This document shows positions 16,405 through 25,343 of a stretch of DNA of 64,000 nucleotides, one piece after another. The DNA comes from Candidatus Shapirobacteria bacterium. GTDB taxonomy: Bacteria > Patescibacteriota > Microgenomatia > UBA12405. Position 1 is the stretch's first letter, and each line of letters opens with the position of its first letter. The DNA lies in the NCBI GenBank assembly GCA_028704885.1, contig JAQWEN010000001.1, positions 350,679 through 414,678 of the forward strand, given 5' to 3'. The notes beneath the pieces were generated by a model. The model was not told the origin of the DNA. It made no database searches and saw nothing but the letters and a program-made list of their open reading frames with translations. A program made the translations under genes and the position numbers.

Positions 16405-16704
16405 ATGGTTAAGACAAGTTTAATGATGACTAGTAAAAGAGATATAGAGTCTTTTGGTATCACCAGGTTGTTGGCTTTTGTTTTTAACATAAAAAAAGAA
16501 CTTTTTTCGATTCAATATATGTGTAGCTCGATGCCAATTTTGGCAATGATGCAAATTTATCAGGTTGAAGAGAAGACTCTTTGTTTATTCAAAGAATATA
16601 ATGGCTGTTTAATTGATGATCTTGAAATGAAAAGACGATTAGGCGCTTTAGAAGATGAGGTGGCAAAGATTTGTCAAAATTTTACTATTCCTATTTTTTC
16701 CTGA
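16405..16704 (+). CDS. Hypothetical protein (doubtful)
   Basis: 99-aa ORF in a 600-bp otherwise non-coding stretch; no motif recognised. Confidence 0.2.
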   Translation: MVKTSLMMTSKRDIESFGITRLLAFVFNIKKELFSIQYMCSSMPILAMMQIYQVEEKTLCLFKEYNGCLIDDLEMKRRLGALEDEVAKICQNFTIPIFS

Positions 16705-16739
16705 GATTTATAGAAAGCGGCTGAAAGCTAAAATGATTA

Positions 16740-16757
16740 ATACCTTGGGTATTTTTT
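16740..16757. terminator. Short hairpin ATACC-ttg-GGTAT with T-run, between convergent genes (bidirectional candidate)
   Basis: Read directly; the stem is weak and AT-rich. Confidence 0.25.
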
Positions 16758-16783
16758 GTTTTAGTGAGTAGGTCGTTTTTATT

Positions 16784-17959
16784 TTAATTATTTTTTCTTA
16801 AAAAGGCTGGAATGTCGTATTCGTCGACAATATCAATTCCGGCGGGAACTTCTTTGTTGTCTAAAAATTCTTTTATTTGATTGTCGCTAAGTTCGTTGGG
16901 TGTTAATAGATTATTATCTGATTTTTGGGTATTTTCTGCTTTAGGCATATTAATTAAAGTTGGTTGAGGTTTTTTTATATGCTGATAAAGACTGGCGCGA
17001 TTAGAGTCAAAACCAGTAGCAATGACAGAAATTTTTACTTTGCCTTTTAGATCATTATCAATGGTGGCACCAAAAATAATATTGGCGTCAGGAGCGGTTC
17101 TTTCAGTAATAGTTCTAGCGGCTTCTTCAATTTCGGCCATGGTAATGTCGGGTCCACCAGTAACATTAATTAAAACTCCTCTAGCACCTTCAATATTGAC
17201 CTCGATAAGGGGAGAATTGACGGCATCTTCGACGGCTTTTTGAACTTTATTTTCACCTTCAGCCTCGCCTACTCCCATTAACGCCGAACCAGCATTGCTC
17301 ATAACAGTCTTAATGTCAGCAAAATCGAGATTGATTAAACCTGGAACGGTAATTAAATCGGCAATAGCTTTAGTGCCCTTACTTAAAACAGAATCGGCAA
17401 TTTTAAAAGCTTCAAGAAGAGTGGCCTTAGTATTAACAACTTCCATGACTTTTTGGTTGGGAATGACAATTAAGGTATCGACATTTTCTCTTAATTGAGA
17501 AATTCCTTCTTCGGCATTGGTCATACGACGAGTACCTTCGAATAAAAATGGTTTAGTGACAACTCCGATAGTTAAAATACCTAATTCTTTTTTAGCAATT
17601 TGAGCAATAAGCGGAGCAGCTCCAGTACAAGTGCCTCCACCCATGCCGCCAGTAATAAAAACCATGTCGGTGCCTTCCAATACTTCTTTAATCCTTTCTT
17701 TGGATTCTTCGGCAGCTTTTTGACCAATTTGAGGATTACCGCCAGCCCCTAAACCCTTAGTTAATTTTTCGCCAATTTGAATTTTAACTGAGGCTAGAGA
17801 ATTTAATAAAGCTTGAGAATCGGTATTAACAGAAATAAAATCGACGCCTTTAATGGAATCTTCTAAAATCATTGAATTAATGGCATTATTACCACCGCCA
17901 CCAACTCCGATGACTTTTATTTTGGCAAATTGTCCAGTGAGAGTTTTAATTAATCCCAT
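16784..17959 (-). CDS. ftsZ: Cell division GTPase FtsZ
   Basis: [26 protein letters not shown] tubulin signature. Confidence 0.95.
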   Translation of the reverse strand: MGLIKTLTGQFAKIKVIGVGGGGNNAINSMILEDSIKGVDFISVNTDSQALLNSLASVKIQIGEKLTKGLGAGGNPQIGQKAAEESKERIKEVLEGTDMVFITGGMGGGTCTGAAPLIAQIAKKELGILTIGVVTKPFLFEGTRRMTNAEEGISQLRENVDTLIVIPNQKVMEVVNTKATLLEAFKIADSVLSKGTKAIADLITVPGLINLDFADIKTVMSNAGSALMGVGEAEGENKVQKAVEDAVNSPLIEVNIEGARGVLINVTGGPDITMAEIEEAARTITERTAPDANIIFGATIDNDLKGKVKISVIATGFDSNRASLYQHIKKPQPTLINMPKAENTQKSDNNLLTPNELSDNQIKEFLDNKEVPAGIDIVDEYDIPAFLRKNN

Positions 17960-17962
17960 ATA

Positions 17963-19210
17963 TTAGGGTAAAAGTGGTTCTAGTAGTTTTTTTATCTTAC
18001 CGATAAATCCACCCATAGAAACTTTTGGAGCTTTAATGCTTGCCCCACTACTCTTTTTGGCATTTTTATTGTGAATCAAAAGACCAATGGTGCTAGTATA
18101 AGCTGGATTAATAATATCATCAACTATACCACCAACTCTTGGAGGGTTGGCAATTCTTAATGGAAGAGGAATTATTTTGTTACAGATTTCTTTGGCATTA
18201 ACAGTCATGGCGCCACCACCAGTTAAAACAATTCCAGCCGGAATTGATTGATGAAAACCACTGGCTTCAATTTGAGAATAAATTAGACTAAAAATTTCTT
18301 CTAAACGAGGTTTAATTATGCCATTTATAGCCATTTGGAGAGAGATTTTTTTCTTATCATCAGAGTGAATATCAAAATGAGATAATTCGATTTCATCCTC
18401 AAATTTTTTGGTTTCAGACAGTTTAGCCAATTTTAATTTTATTCTTTCGGCATCTTCGATGGAAAATCGAAGACCAATGGCAATGTCGTTAGTAACATTA
18501 TTGGCACCAACTGGAATTACAGAAGAAAATACTGGGGAACCTTCAATGAAAATAGTTATATTAGTAATGCTGCCGCCAATATCTACCAAAGCAACACCTA
18601 ATTCTTTTTCAGTTTCGGTTAGAGCGGCGGTGGCAGTACTCAATCCGGCGTAAGTTAAGGATTCAATTTTAATGCCAATGTCTTCAAGACATTTTTTGAG
18701 ATTTTTTAAAGCAGGACTGGAAGCCAAGATTAAATGAGCTTCAACTTCAAGGCGAATACCATTCATGCCGACTGGATCAATAACCCCCTCTTGACCATCA
18801 ACTGTAAATTTTCTTTGAATAATATGAATTATTTCTTTGCCACTGGGAAGAGAAATTGCTTTGGCAGCTTCAGTGACTCGGTTAATATCATTAATATCAA
18901 TTTCACCATTGGGATTACTAATAGCGACAACGCCATGTGAATTAACTGATTCAATATGAGGAGCGGAAATGGAAATATGAGCATTATTTATTTGAAAACC
19001 AGCCATTCTTTCGGCTGATTCAATACTTTGAGTAATAGTGTGGGAAGCCTGTTCCAGATTGATTATTTGACCTTTTCGAAAACCTAGGGAGGGAATTGAA
19101 GAAACGGCCACAATATTAAATTTATCTTCAGCTTCAAAATATTGACCAACTAGGGTAGTGACCTTTGAGGTACCGATATCGATTACATTAATTATTTTTG
19201 TATGTTGCAT
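17963..19210 (-). CDS. ftsA: Cell division protein FtsA
   Basis: Actin-like ATPase: INVIDIGTSKVTTLVG...DIGGSITNITIF...; position upstream of ftsZ. Confidence 0.9.
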   Translation of the reverse strand: MQHTKIINVIDIGTSKVTTLVGQYFEAEDKFNIVAVSSIPSLGFRKGQIINLEQASHTITQSIESAERMAGFQINNAHISISAPHIESVNSHGVVAISNPNGEIDINDINRVTEAAKAISLPSGKEIIHIIQRKFTVDGQEGVIDPVGMNGIRLEVEAHLILASSPALKNLKKCLEDIGIKIESLTYAGLSTATAALTETEKELGVALVDIGGSITNITIFIEGSPVFSSVIPVGANNVTNDIAIGLRFSIEDAERIKLKLAKLSETKKFEDEIELSHFDIHSDDKKKISLQMAINGIIKPRLEEIFSLIYSQIEASGFHQSIPAGIVLTGGGAMTVNAKEICNKIIPLPLRIANPPRVGGIVDDIINPAYTSTIGLLIHNKNAKKSSGASIKAPKVSMGGFIGKIKKLLEPLLP

Positions 19211-19571
19211 ATGGGTGGCTAATACTTAGATCAACTAATTGTAGTTGTTTATTATTAATTTTAGCTGTTTTTAAAATTTCTTGTAAAGAAGTAATTTGCC
19301 AATAAGGATTTTTTTTGGTTGATAAAATAATTTTAATTGGATTGTTACTTTCATTAATTATATAGAATTCGAATTGATTTTGATAATCCCTAGTAGTGCT
19401 TTTAGTGATGTTAATTTGGGCGGTTTTTAATCCGTGTTCTATTTGGAGATAAAAATTATTTTTGGTGGAAGTTGGATCAATTTTGTTTTCAGAAAAATTT
19501 ACTAGTGAATAAACAGAAAGGGATAAAGAAAAAATGAAAATAATAAAAAGAAAAATTTTAAATAATTTCAT
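19188..19571 (-). CDS. Small TM-anchored protein at the FtsQ/DivIB position (minimal FtsQ-like?)
   Basis: 127 aa, N-terminal TM (IFLFIIFIFSLSLSVYSL) then a beta-rich ectodomain; sits between murG and ftsA where ftsQ normally lies. Too short for canonical FtsQ. Confidence 0.3.
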   Translation of the reverse strand: MKLFKIFLFIIFIFSLSLSVYSLVNFSENKIDPTSTKNNFYLQIEHGLKTAQINITKSTTRDYQNQFEFYIINESNNPIKIILSTKKNPYWQITSLQEILKTAKINNKQLQLVDLSISHPYATYKNN

Positions 19572-20679
19572 GAATTAATCTTAAAAATTTTGGATTATCA
19601 GTTACTTTGATAATATTATTTTTGGTTTTAATAGAAATTAATTTATCTATGGAATTTAAAAGATTAATATTATTTAGATTTTTTTCTTCGATTATTTCAG
19701 TAATTTGAGGTAATTTTTCTTTTACCCAAAGGGCATTTAAAAATTGTTCATTTTGTTGACTGACTTTTAAAGGAATTAAAATAGATTTTTTATTTAAAGC
19801 GACGATTTCTTGGCTAGTGTTGGCTCCAGAGCGACTAATAATTAAATTTGATTTATTTAAACTGTAAGCCATATCATTGGCATCTAGATAATCAAAAGCC
19901 TGATAGTTAGAATATTTTTTTTCTAATTTTTTAAATTTGGAAAAATCATTTTTGCCTGTTTGATGAACAATAGAATATTTTTTTAATTGAGGTAAAAGAT
20001 TTTTGATAAATAAATTAATAGTATGAGAACCCTGATTACCGGCGGTAATAAAAATGTCGATTGGATCCCCTATTTTTGATTTTTTAGGATTAAAAAGTTC
20101 TTGACGTAAAAGATTTCCAGTAACAACTATTTTATTTTTGGGAAGGTTATCTTTTTGTTTTTGATTATTAAAAGAAAGAGCAACTATATTGACAAAAAGA
20201 CTATTAATTTTAGTAGTTAAACTGTTAGTTAAAGTTTGTTCATGGGTAATTGAGGGAATTTTTTTAAAAAAACCACTGATAATAATTGGAACAGAAACAT
20301 AGCCACCAAAAGAGACAATAATATCCGGTTTTATTTTTTTAATTAATCCAAAAGCCTTGAAAATTGATTTAGTGGTTTGGGGGAGACCTTTAAGGGTGTT
20401 TGGAAGCCAACGACGGTCTAATTTTCCACAATCAATTGAATAAAAATTGATCCCAATCTTGGGAATAATTTTTGATTCTATGGAAGGAGTATCATCAACA
20501 CTGGAATTATTTTTTCGACCGATATAATTTATTTGCCAAGCAATTTTAGGATCTGTCTTTAATTGTCGAATGAGTTCTAGAGCTGGAGTGAGATGTGTCC
20601 CGGTGATAATAATCGTCTTTTTTGTTTTGACTGTGGTCACTCTTTGAGTATAACAGCATTTTTTGGTTTTTTTCGACAT
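19558..20679 (-). CDS. murG: Lipid II synthase MurG (UDP-GlcNAc:MurNAc-pentapeptide GlcNAc transferase)
   Basis: IIITGTHLTPALELI (G-loop variant), C-terminal ISRSGANTSQEIVALNKKSILIP; first ATG at 20679 (ORF track uses TTG at 20703). Confidence 0.75.
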   Translation of the reverse strand: MSKKTKKCCYTQRVTTVKTKKTIIITGTHLTPALELIRQLKTDPKIAWQINYIGRKNNSSVDDTPSIESKIIPKIGINFYSIDCGKLDRRWLPNTLKGLPQTTKSIFKAFGLIKKIKPDIIVSFGGYVSVPIIISGFFKKIPSITHEQTLTNSLTTKINSLFVNIVALSFNNQKQKDNLPKNKIVVTGNLLRQELFNPKKSKIGDPIDIFITAGNQGSHTINLFIKNLLPQLKKYSIVHQTGKNDFSKFKKLEKKYSNYQAFDYLDANDMAYSLNKSNLIISRSGANTSQEIVALNKKSILIPLKVSQQNEQFLNALWVKEKLPQITEIIEEKNLNNINLLNSIDKLISIKTKNNIIKVTDNPKFLRLIHEII

Positions 20680-21724
20680 TTCTGACCAAACCAATGGCGA
20701 CAAAAAGAGTTAAAAGTGATGATCCCCCGTAGGAAATAAAAGGAAGAGGAACCCCAGTTAATGGAATTAAGGCAGCGATAGCGGAAATATTAATTAAACT
20801 TTGATAGGCAATCCAACAAGCGGTACCGGAAACTAGTAAACTTTGGAATGGATCAACTATTGTTTGAGAAAATTTTAGCAAGTAATTTATTAAAGAAAGA
20901 TATATTAACAGAACGACAAAGAGACCAATAAAACCAATTTCCTCTCCTATAACAGCCAGAATTGAATCGGTTGATATTTTGGGTAAAAATTTATATTTTT
21001 GGTCTGAATTGGCAAAACCTTTACCAAAGAGGCCTCCAGATGAAAGAGTCAAAATAATTTGATTACTGTGATAAGAAGAAGTTTCTTGATTTTGTTGTGG
21101 TTCTAGAAAAGTTTTTAGTCTGGCAGATCGATAAGGAGAAAGAAAAATTAGAGGGATACTTAAAACTAAAATAAGACTAATAATTCCAAACAAAGGCATA
21201 ACGTCGCCACCGGAAAGATAATAAATAGAACCAACAATTGCAGAAATTAGAATGGCGGTACTTAAATTTGGTTCGATGATTATAAGAATAAAAGGAATTC
21301 CTAAGTAAAGAATTAAATTTTTTATATGACGTTTTTCTTCTTTAGAAAAGAGATAAGCAAAATAAATGACAGAGCTTAGTTTTAAAATTTCTGATGGCTG
21401 GATGCTGGTAAAACCTAAATTAAGCCAACGTCTGGCCCCTAAAGCCTGATTGCCAAGTCCGGGAATTAAAACTAATATTAGGCCTAAAATAGAAGCTAGA
21501 TAAAAAATAAATGAAAATTTTTTAATAGTTTCAATTTTAATTTTAGAGGTTATATAAAAAGAAACTAGGCCTAATGCAAGCCAAAATCCCTGTTTTTTAA
21601 TAAAGAAAAATTTATCTCCGATAGTGGAATTGGCCTCACTTAAAGAAGAAATAGAAATAAAAATAAGACCAATAAAAATGAGACTAAAAACTAAAAATAG
21701 TAAGGGCGATTTAGTTTTTTTCAT
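20546..21724 (-). CDS. ftsW: SEDS-family cell division protein FtsW
   Basis: ISTDSILAVIGEEIGFIG, GVPLPFISYGGSS; dcw position upstream of murG. The polar C-terminal tail overlaps the murG 5' end by about 130 nt. Confidence 0.8.
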   Translation of the reverse strand: MKKTKSPLLFLVFSLIFIGLIFISISSLSEANSTIGDKFFFIKKQGFWLALGLVSFYITSKIKIETIKKFSFIFYLASILGLILVLIPGLGNQALGARRWLNLGFTSIQPSEILKLSSVIYFAYLFSKEEKRHIKNLILYLGIPFILIIIEPNLSTAILISAIVGSIYYLSGGDVMPLFGIISLILVLSIPLIFLSPYRSARLKTFLEPQQNQETSSYHSNQIILTLSSGGLFGKGFANSDQKYKFLPKISTDSILAVIGEEIGFIGLFVVLLIYLSLINYLLKFSQTIVDPFQSLLVSGTACWIAYQSLINISAIAALIPLTGVPLPFISYGGSSLLTLFVAIGLVRNVEKNQKMLLYSKSDHSQNKKDDYYHRDTSHSSSRTHSTIKDRS

Positions 21725-22826
21725 TTAAATTTTTAGGAATAGAAATTGGATTAGTGGTTTTGGATAAAGGATAAGAAAAATTTATTTTTTTACAGGTATA
21801 GTTATCTTTATTTTTAGGAGTTATTTCAGAGCCAATAATTTTTTTGTTATTAAATCTAGCTTGTTCGGATTTTATATCGATTTGATAATCAATTTTCAAA
21901 AATTCAGCTAAGTGAAAATAAAAAAGAGGAATAACTTTCTGATCAAGTTCAAGCTTGGTATAAAAAGCAAAGGAAGCAGTTAATCGAGGGTTACATTCTA
22001 GAAGATAAACCTTATTTTTATCAATCAAAAAATCAAGACCAAAAAATCCCTTATAACCAATTTCTTTTATAATTTTTCCAAAATTTTCGGTTATGGTATT
22101 AATTTCTTCGACTATTTTTGGTGGAGCAAAAGATGGCCATTGACGACCAACTGTAGTAAAAGGGTTTTGAGTAAAAGGTTTAATGCCAGTATATTGAAGG
22201 GCAGGAGGACTTTGAATTAGACCAAACTTGGTAAGACTGCAATTGTTTAACAAAGAATAAGAAGATGCAATAAAAGGGCTGTATTTAGTAATAACTTCTG
22301 AAGAAATTTTATCTTTAATTTCATCCCAATTTGAGGCAGAAAAGGTACTGTTTCCGGCCCAACCAAAATGAGTTTGGAGAACTAATTTTTGACCATAAAG
22401 TTGTTGATATTTTAAAAAGTTTTTTTGATTAAAGGTATCTATAGAAAAAGGAATTGTCGGCAGATTGTATTTTTGACAAAGCTTAGCAAATTTAATTTTA
22501 TCTTCTAAAAAGCGATTGATCGGCGAGGGATTACTGACATTTACCCAATTATTTCGTTGACATAAAATGTCAATTTTAGCTGATGGTTTAAATGGGATTA
22601 TGGCTGGAATAAGAGAATTTGAAGTCGATTTTATGTATTCAATTACTTTAGAATTACTAAGAAGTTTACCGCTATTTTTAATTTTTATAGATGGATAATC
22701 AGAGAGATAAATTTTATGAAAATTTTTAAGTTGAGGTAAATTGATATCTAAAAATTTATCAACGACTAAAAAATAGAAGGCAAATTTTGAATTATTGATG
22801 ATATTTTCTAAATTTATCTTTGACAT
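21711..22826 (-). CDS. ATP-grasp carboxylate-amine ligase (not Ddl-like by motif)
   Basis: GLDFLIDKNKVYLLECNPRLTASF is a generic ATP-grasp C-motif (RimK/CarB style E-x-N-P-R) rather than the Ddl E-x-N-T-x-P-G-x-T; a ~150-aa N-domain precedes it. Start overlaps the PLP gene by 13 nt and the end overlaps ftsW by 14 nt. Confidence 0.6.
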   Translation of the reverse strand: MSKINLENIINNSKFAFYFLVVDKFLDINLPQLKNFHKIYLSDYPSIKIKNSGKLLSNSKVIEYIKSTSNSLIPAIIPFKPSAKIDILCQRNNWVNVSNPSPINRFLEDKIKFAKLCQKYNLPTIPFSIDTFNQKNFLKYQQLYGQKLVLQTHFGWAGNSTFSASNWDEIKDKISSEVITKYSPFIASSYSLLNNCSLTKFGLIQSPPALQYTGIKPFTQNPFTTVGRQWPSFAPPKIVEEINTITENFGKIIKEIGYKGFFGLDFLIDKNKVYLLECNPRLTASFAFYTKLELDQKVIPLFYFHLAEFLKIDYQIDIKSEQARFNNKKIIGSEITPKNKDNYTCKKINFSYPLSKTTNPISIPKNLNEKN

Positions 22827-23587
22827 CCGGTGAGTATTATGACTGGATAATCGCCAACATCTAAATTATTTTTTATAGCTTTTTTTAGGCCAGCAAAAGC
22901 CATCGCACCTTCAAGAGAAGTTTTAATGTTGTTTGATTCTAGCGTTTTTTGAGCTTCTAAAATATCTTGATTTTGGATAATTAACTCTGAACCTTTAGAA
23001 TTTTTGACAGTGGAATTAACTTTATTTTTTAAAGGTTGATATTTAACAGTTAAAGCATCAGTTAAGATGGTGTTTTCTGGTTTAACAGCAAAAAATTTGA
23101 CAGATGGACTTAAAGCCTGGGAAATACCTAAAAGAGTGGTGCCGCTACCGACAGGAACAAAAATACTGGTTATTTGAGGTAATTCACTTACTAATTCTTT
23201 GCCAATTTCTTGATAACCAATTAAGGCTGATGGATCAGTTGATTGGCGAAGAAAATAGGCTTTATTTTTTTTGGAAAATTTAATAGCATCACTGATGGGT
23301 TTGTCGGAAATAATTATTTGACAATTATTTTTTTTAATTAAATCAAGTTTGTTTTGGTTGACTTTTGGAGAAAGGAAAACAGTTAAATTAATTTGATTAA
23401 GATGACAAAAATAGACAGCAGAAATAGCAGCGTTGCCAGTACTGGAAATAACAGCACTCTTAAAACCTTGTTTTTTTAAATTTGCTATTTGAAAAATTAA
23501 GCTTCGGTCTTTAGCTGAACCAGTAATATTAAGATCTTCTCTTTTAAAATATATATTTTCTAATTTAATTAAAGGAGTGTTTGCCAT
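22814..23587 (-). CDS. Compact PLP-dependent fold-type II enzyme (CysK/ThrC/Trp-synthase-beta superfamily)
   Basis: TPLIKLENIYFKREDLNITGSAKDRS (PLP-Lys motif), ISSTGNAAISAVYF, and C-terminal SLEGAMAFAGLKK...VIILTGCQR matches the CysK-type C-terminus. At 257 aa it is shorter than canonical CysK/ThrC. Confidence 0.65.
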   Translation of the reverse strand: MANTPLIKLENIYFKREDLNITGSAKDRSLIFQIANLKKQGFKSAVISSTGNAAISAVYFCHLNQINLTVFLSPKVNQNKLDLIKKNNCQIIISDKPISDAIKFSKKNKAYFLRQSTDPSALIGYQEIGKELVSELPQITSIFVPVGSGTTLLGISQALSPSVKFFAVKPENTILTDALTVKYQPLKNKVNSTVKNSKGSELIIQNQDILEAQKTLESNNIKTSLEGAMAFAGLKKAIKNNLDVGDYPVIILTGCQR

Positions 23588-23627
23588 ATAATAGCTTAAT
23601 TATACTAGTTATTAATTTTAATAAAAC

Positions 23628-23786
23628 ATGAACGAAAAAGTTATTTGTCCGGATTGTCAAACAGAAATTGAATTAATTGAAGCCACAATGGTTGGAGATA
23701 TTATTGAATGTCCAGAATGTGGGACCGAAGTAGAAATTTTATCTCTAAATCCCCTAAAATATCGGGAATTAATTGAGGAAAAGTAA
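23628..23786 (+). CDS. Unannotated 52-aa zinc-ribbon protein resembling LysW/ArgW amino-group carrier proteins
   Basis: ATG 23628, TAA 23784-23786. Translation: MNEKVICPDCQTEIELIEATMVGDIIECPECGTEVEILSLNPLKYRELIEEK. The pseudo-repeat CPxC..E.EL....G.IIECPECG.E.EI..L.PL mirrors the LysW pattern as I recall it (Thermus CPECGAELRLENPELGELVVCEDCGAELEVVGLDPLRLE), but it ends EEK rather than EDWGE. It falls below the ORF-track length cutoff. Confidence 0.45.
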   Translation: MNEKVICPDCQTEIELIEATMVGDIIECPECGTEVEILSLNPLKYRELIEEK

Positions 23787-24323
23787 TCGATAAAAACCTT
23801 GATGGATAAATTTTTTATCAGTAAGATCGGCTTGGCCATATTTTACTCCCCTACCAGAAAAAGAACTATCAACATAATTGATAATATTACCCTGTTTTTC
23901 GATGATAAATAAAACATGGTGACCATTTTTTTGGCGGACTAAATCACCGGTTTGAATGTTGTTTAAATCGGTTATTTCCTTGGAAATTGGAGCGGAGGTA
24001 AGCATGTCAGCGGAAGTTTTTCGGGGATTAAGGTTAGTTTCAAAATAAAAATTTAACAATTGGCAAACAAGACCAGAACAATCGATTCCAAGATGATTCT
24101 TTTTTTGAAAGTTATAAAATTCTTGATTGGTTAATTTAACCAAATCTATTTTTTGTTTTTGAGCAAGTCTAATAGTTTCAGTAGCAATTTGTCGATAATT
24201 GCCTTTACCACCAAGAAATTGTTCCTTAATTATTTTGCCGTCTTTAAGGATGTTTTTACTATAGGGTAAGCCAATATAATATTGAATTTCCTGTTTTAAT
24301 AAATCTAATTTATTCCCAGCCAT
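23769..24323 (-). CDS. NlpC/P60-family cysteine peptidase (papain-like Cys/His)
   Basis: GIDCSGLVCQLL is the catalytic Cys motif DCSGLV; GHHVLFII supplies the His. First ATG at 24323; the ORF track extends to a TTG at 24389. Confidence 0.55.
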   Translation of the reverse strand: MAGNKLDLLKQEIQYYIGLPYSKNILKDGKIIKEQFLGGKGNYRQIATETIRLAQKQKIDLVKLTNQEFYNFQKKNHLGIDCSGLVCQLLNFYFETNLNPRKTSADMLTSAPISKEITDLNNIQTGDLVRQKNGHHVLFIIEKQGNIINYVDSSFSGRGVKYGQADLTDKKFIHQGFYRLLFLN

Positions 24324-25339
24324 AATCCAAAAATTGCTAATATAATCCCAGCTAACCAAGCGCGCATAACTATCTTTGGTTCTTCCCAACCAATACTTTG
24401 AAGAGTTAAATGAAGAGGGGCAGCGGGAAATATTTTTCTTTTTAAATATTTTTTACTAAGTAATTGAATGCCACTAGACATACCTTCGATAATGAAAGGA
24501 GCACCGACAATTATTAAGGGGACTATTTTTCCTAAAAGAAGAGCAATAACAGCGAAGGTGGCTCCAAAAGAAAGGGAACCAACATCACCAAGCCAAATTC
24601 TGGCTGGATAGACATTAAAATATAAGAAAGCGATTAGGGCGCCAATCCAAAGAGCTAAAAATGAGGAAATAACAGTATCTAGAGAATTATTGGCTAAAAT
24701 CCAAAATGCAAATAAAGCAATCATTAGTAATCCACTAGAAAGTCCATCTAGACCGTCAGTAATATTAAAGAAATTAGCAAAACCAGTAATAATAATAGTA
24801 GAAATGGGAATGAAGAAAAAACTCAGATGAACAGCTCCGAAAAATGGTAGATAAATAAATTCTATTTTTAGTTGAAAATAAATCATTAAAGAAATAATTA
24901 ACGAAATTATTATTTGTAAAATGAATTTATGGATCATTCTTAATCCAAAAAAACCAGTTCTTTTAAAGCCAAAGAATTTATTAATATCATCGTAAAGACC
25001 TAATAATCCGAAACTAATAAAGGTAAAGAATAGAATAAATAATTCTTGTTCTATGTTGTAATTAGAGGAAATAAAAATTCGAGAGAATTTGAGAATAGGG
25101 AAAAGAATTATAAACATGAGGCAAACAGAGACGATGATTAACAGGCCTCCACCGACAGGAGTTCCTGATTTTTGATTGTGAAATTTATCAAAAATAGTGG
25201 TTCTTTTATTTTGAAAATCAGTGGTTTTTTGAACTTGTCGTTGGAATTTTAGTTTATAAAGAAGATTAATAAAAGGAACAACTAAAATACTAGAGATTAA
25301 GAAGGAAAAAAGGACTAGACCGAGATATAAGTGCATCAT
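24305..25339 (-). CDS. mraY: Phospho-N-acetylmuramoyl-pentapeptide transferase MraY
   Basis: NFFNITDGLDGLSSG, DDINKFFGFKR, multi-TM. Confidence 0.9.
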   Translation of the reverse strand: MMHLYLGLVLFSFLISSILVVPFINLLYKLKFQRQVQKTTDFQNKRTTIFDKFHNQKSGTPVGGGLLIIVSVCLMFIILFPILKFSRIFISSNYNIEQELFILFFTFISFGLLGLYDDINKFFGFKRTGFFGLRMIHKFILQIIISLIISLMIYFQLKIEFIYLPFFGAVHLSFFFIPISTIIITGFANFFNITDGLDGLSSGLLMIALFAFWILANNSLDTVISSFLALWIGALIAFLYFNVYPARIWLGDVGSLSFGATFAVIALLLGKIVPLIIVGAPFIIEGMSSGIQLLSKKYLKRKIFPAAPLHLTLQSIGWEEPKIVMRAWLAGIILAIFGLWLGIN

Positions 25340-25343
25340 AAAT

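Noticed and set aside
17022-18940. Four plus-strand ORFs (67-81 aa) antisense to ftsZ/ftsA
   Set aside because: Antisense to unambiguous ftsZ and ftsA; GC-richer coding regions often yield long antisense frames.
21711-22826. Calling the ATP-grasp gene ddl (D-Ala-D-Ala ligase)
   Set aside because: The C-terminal motif is E-C-N-P-R-L-T, not the Ddl E-x-N-T-x-P-G-x-T, and there is an atypical ~150-aa N-domain; the gene occupies the murD slot, not the ddl slot, so only the generic ATP-grasp call is made.
23657-23839. 60-aa minus-strand ORF between the PLP gene and NlpC/P60
   Set aside because: Overlaps the much more convincing plus-strand zinc-ribbon ORF and the NlpC/P60 3' end; no motif.
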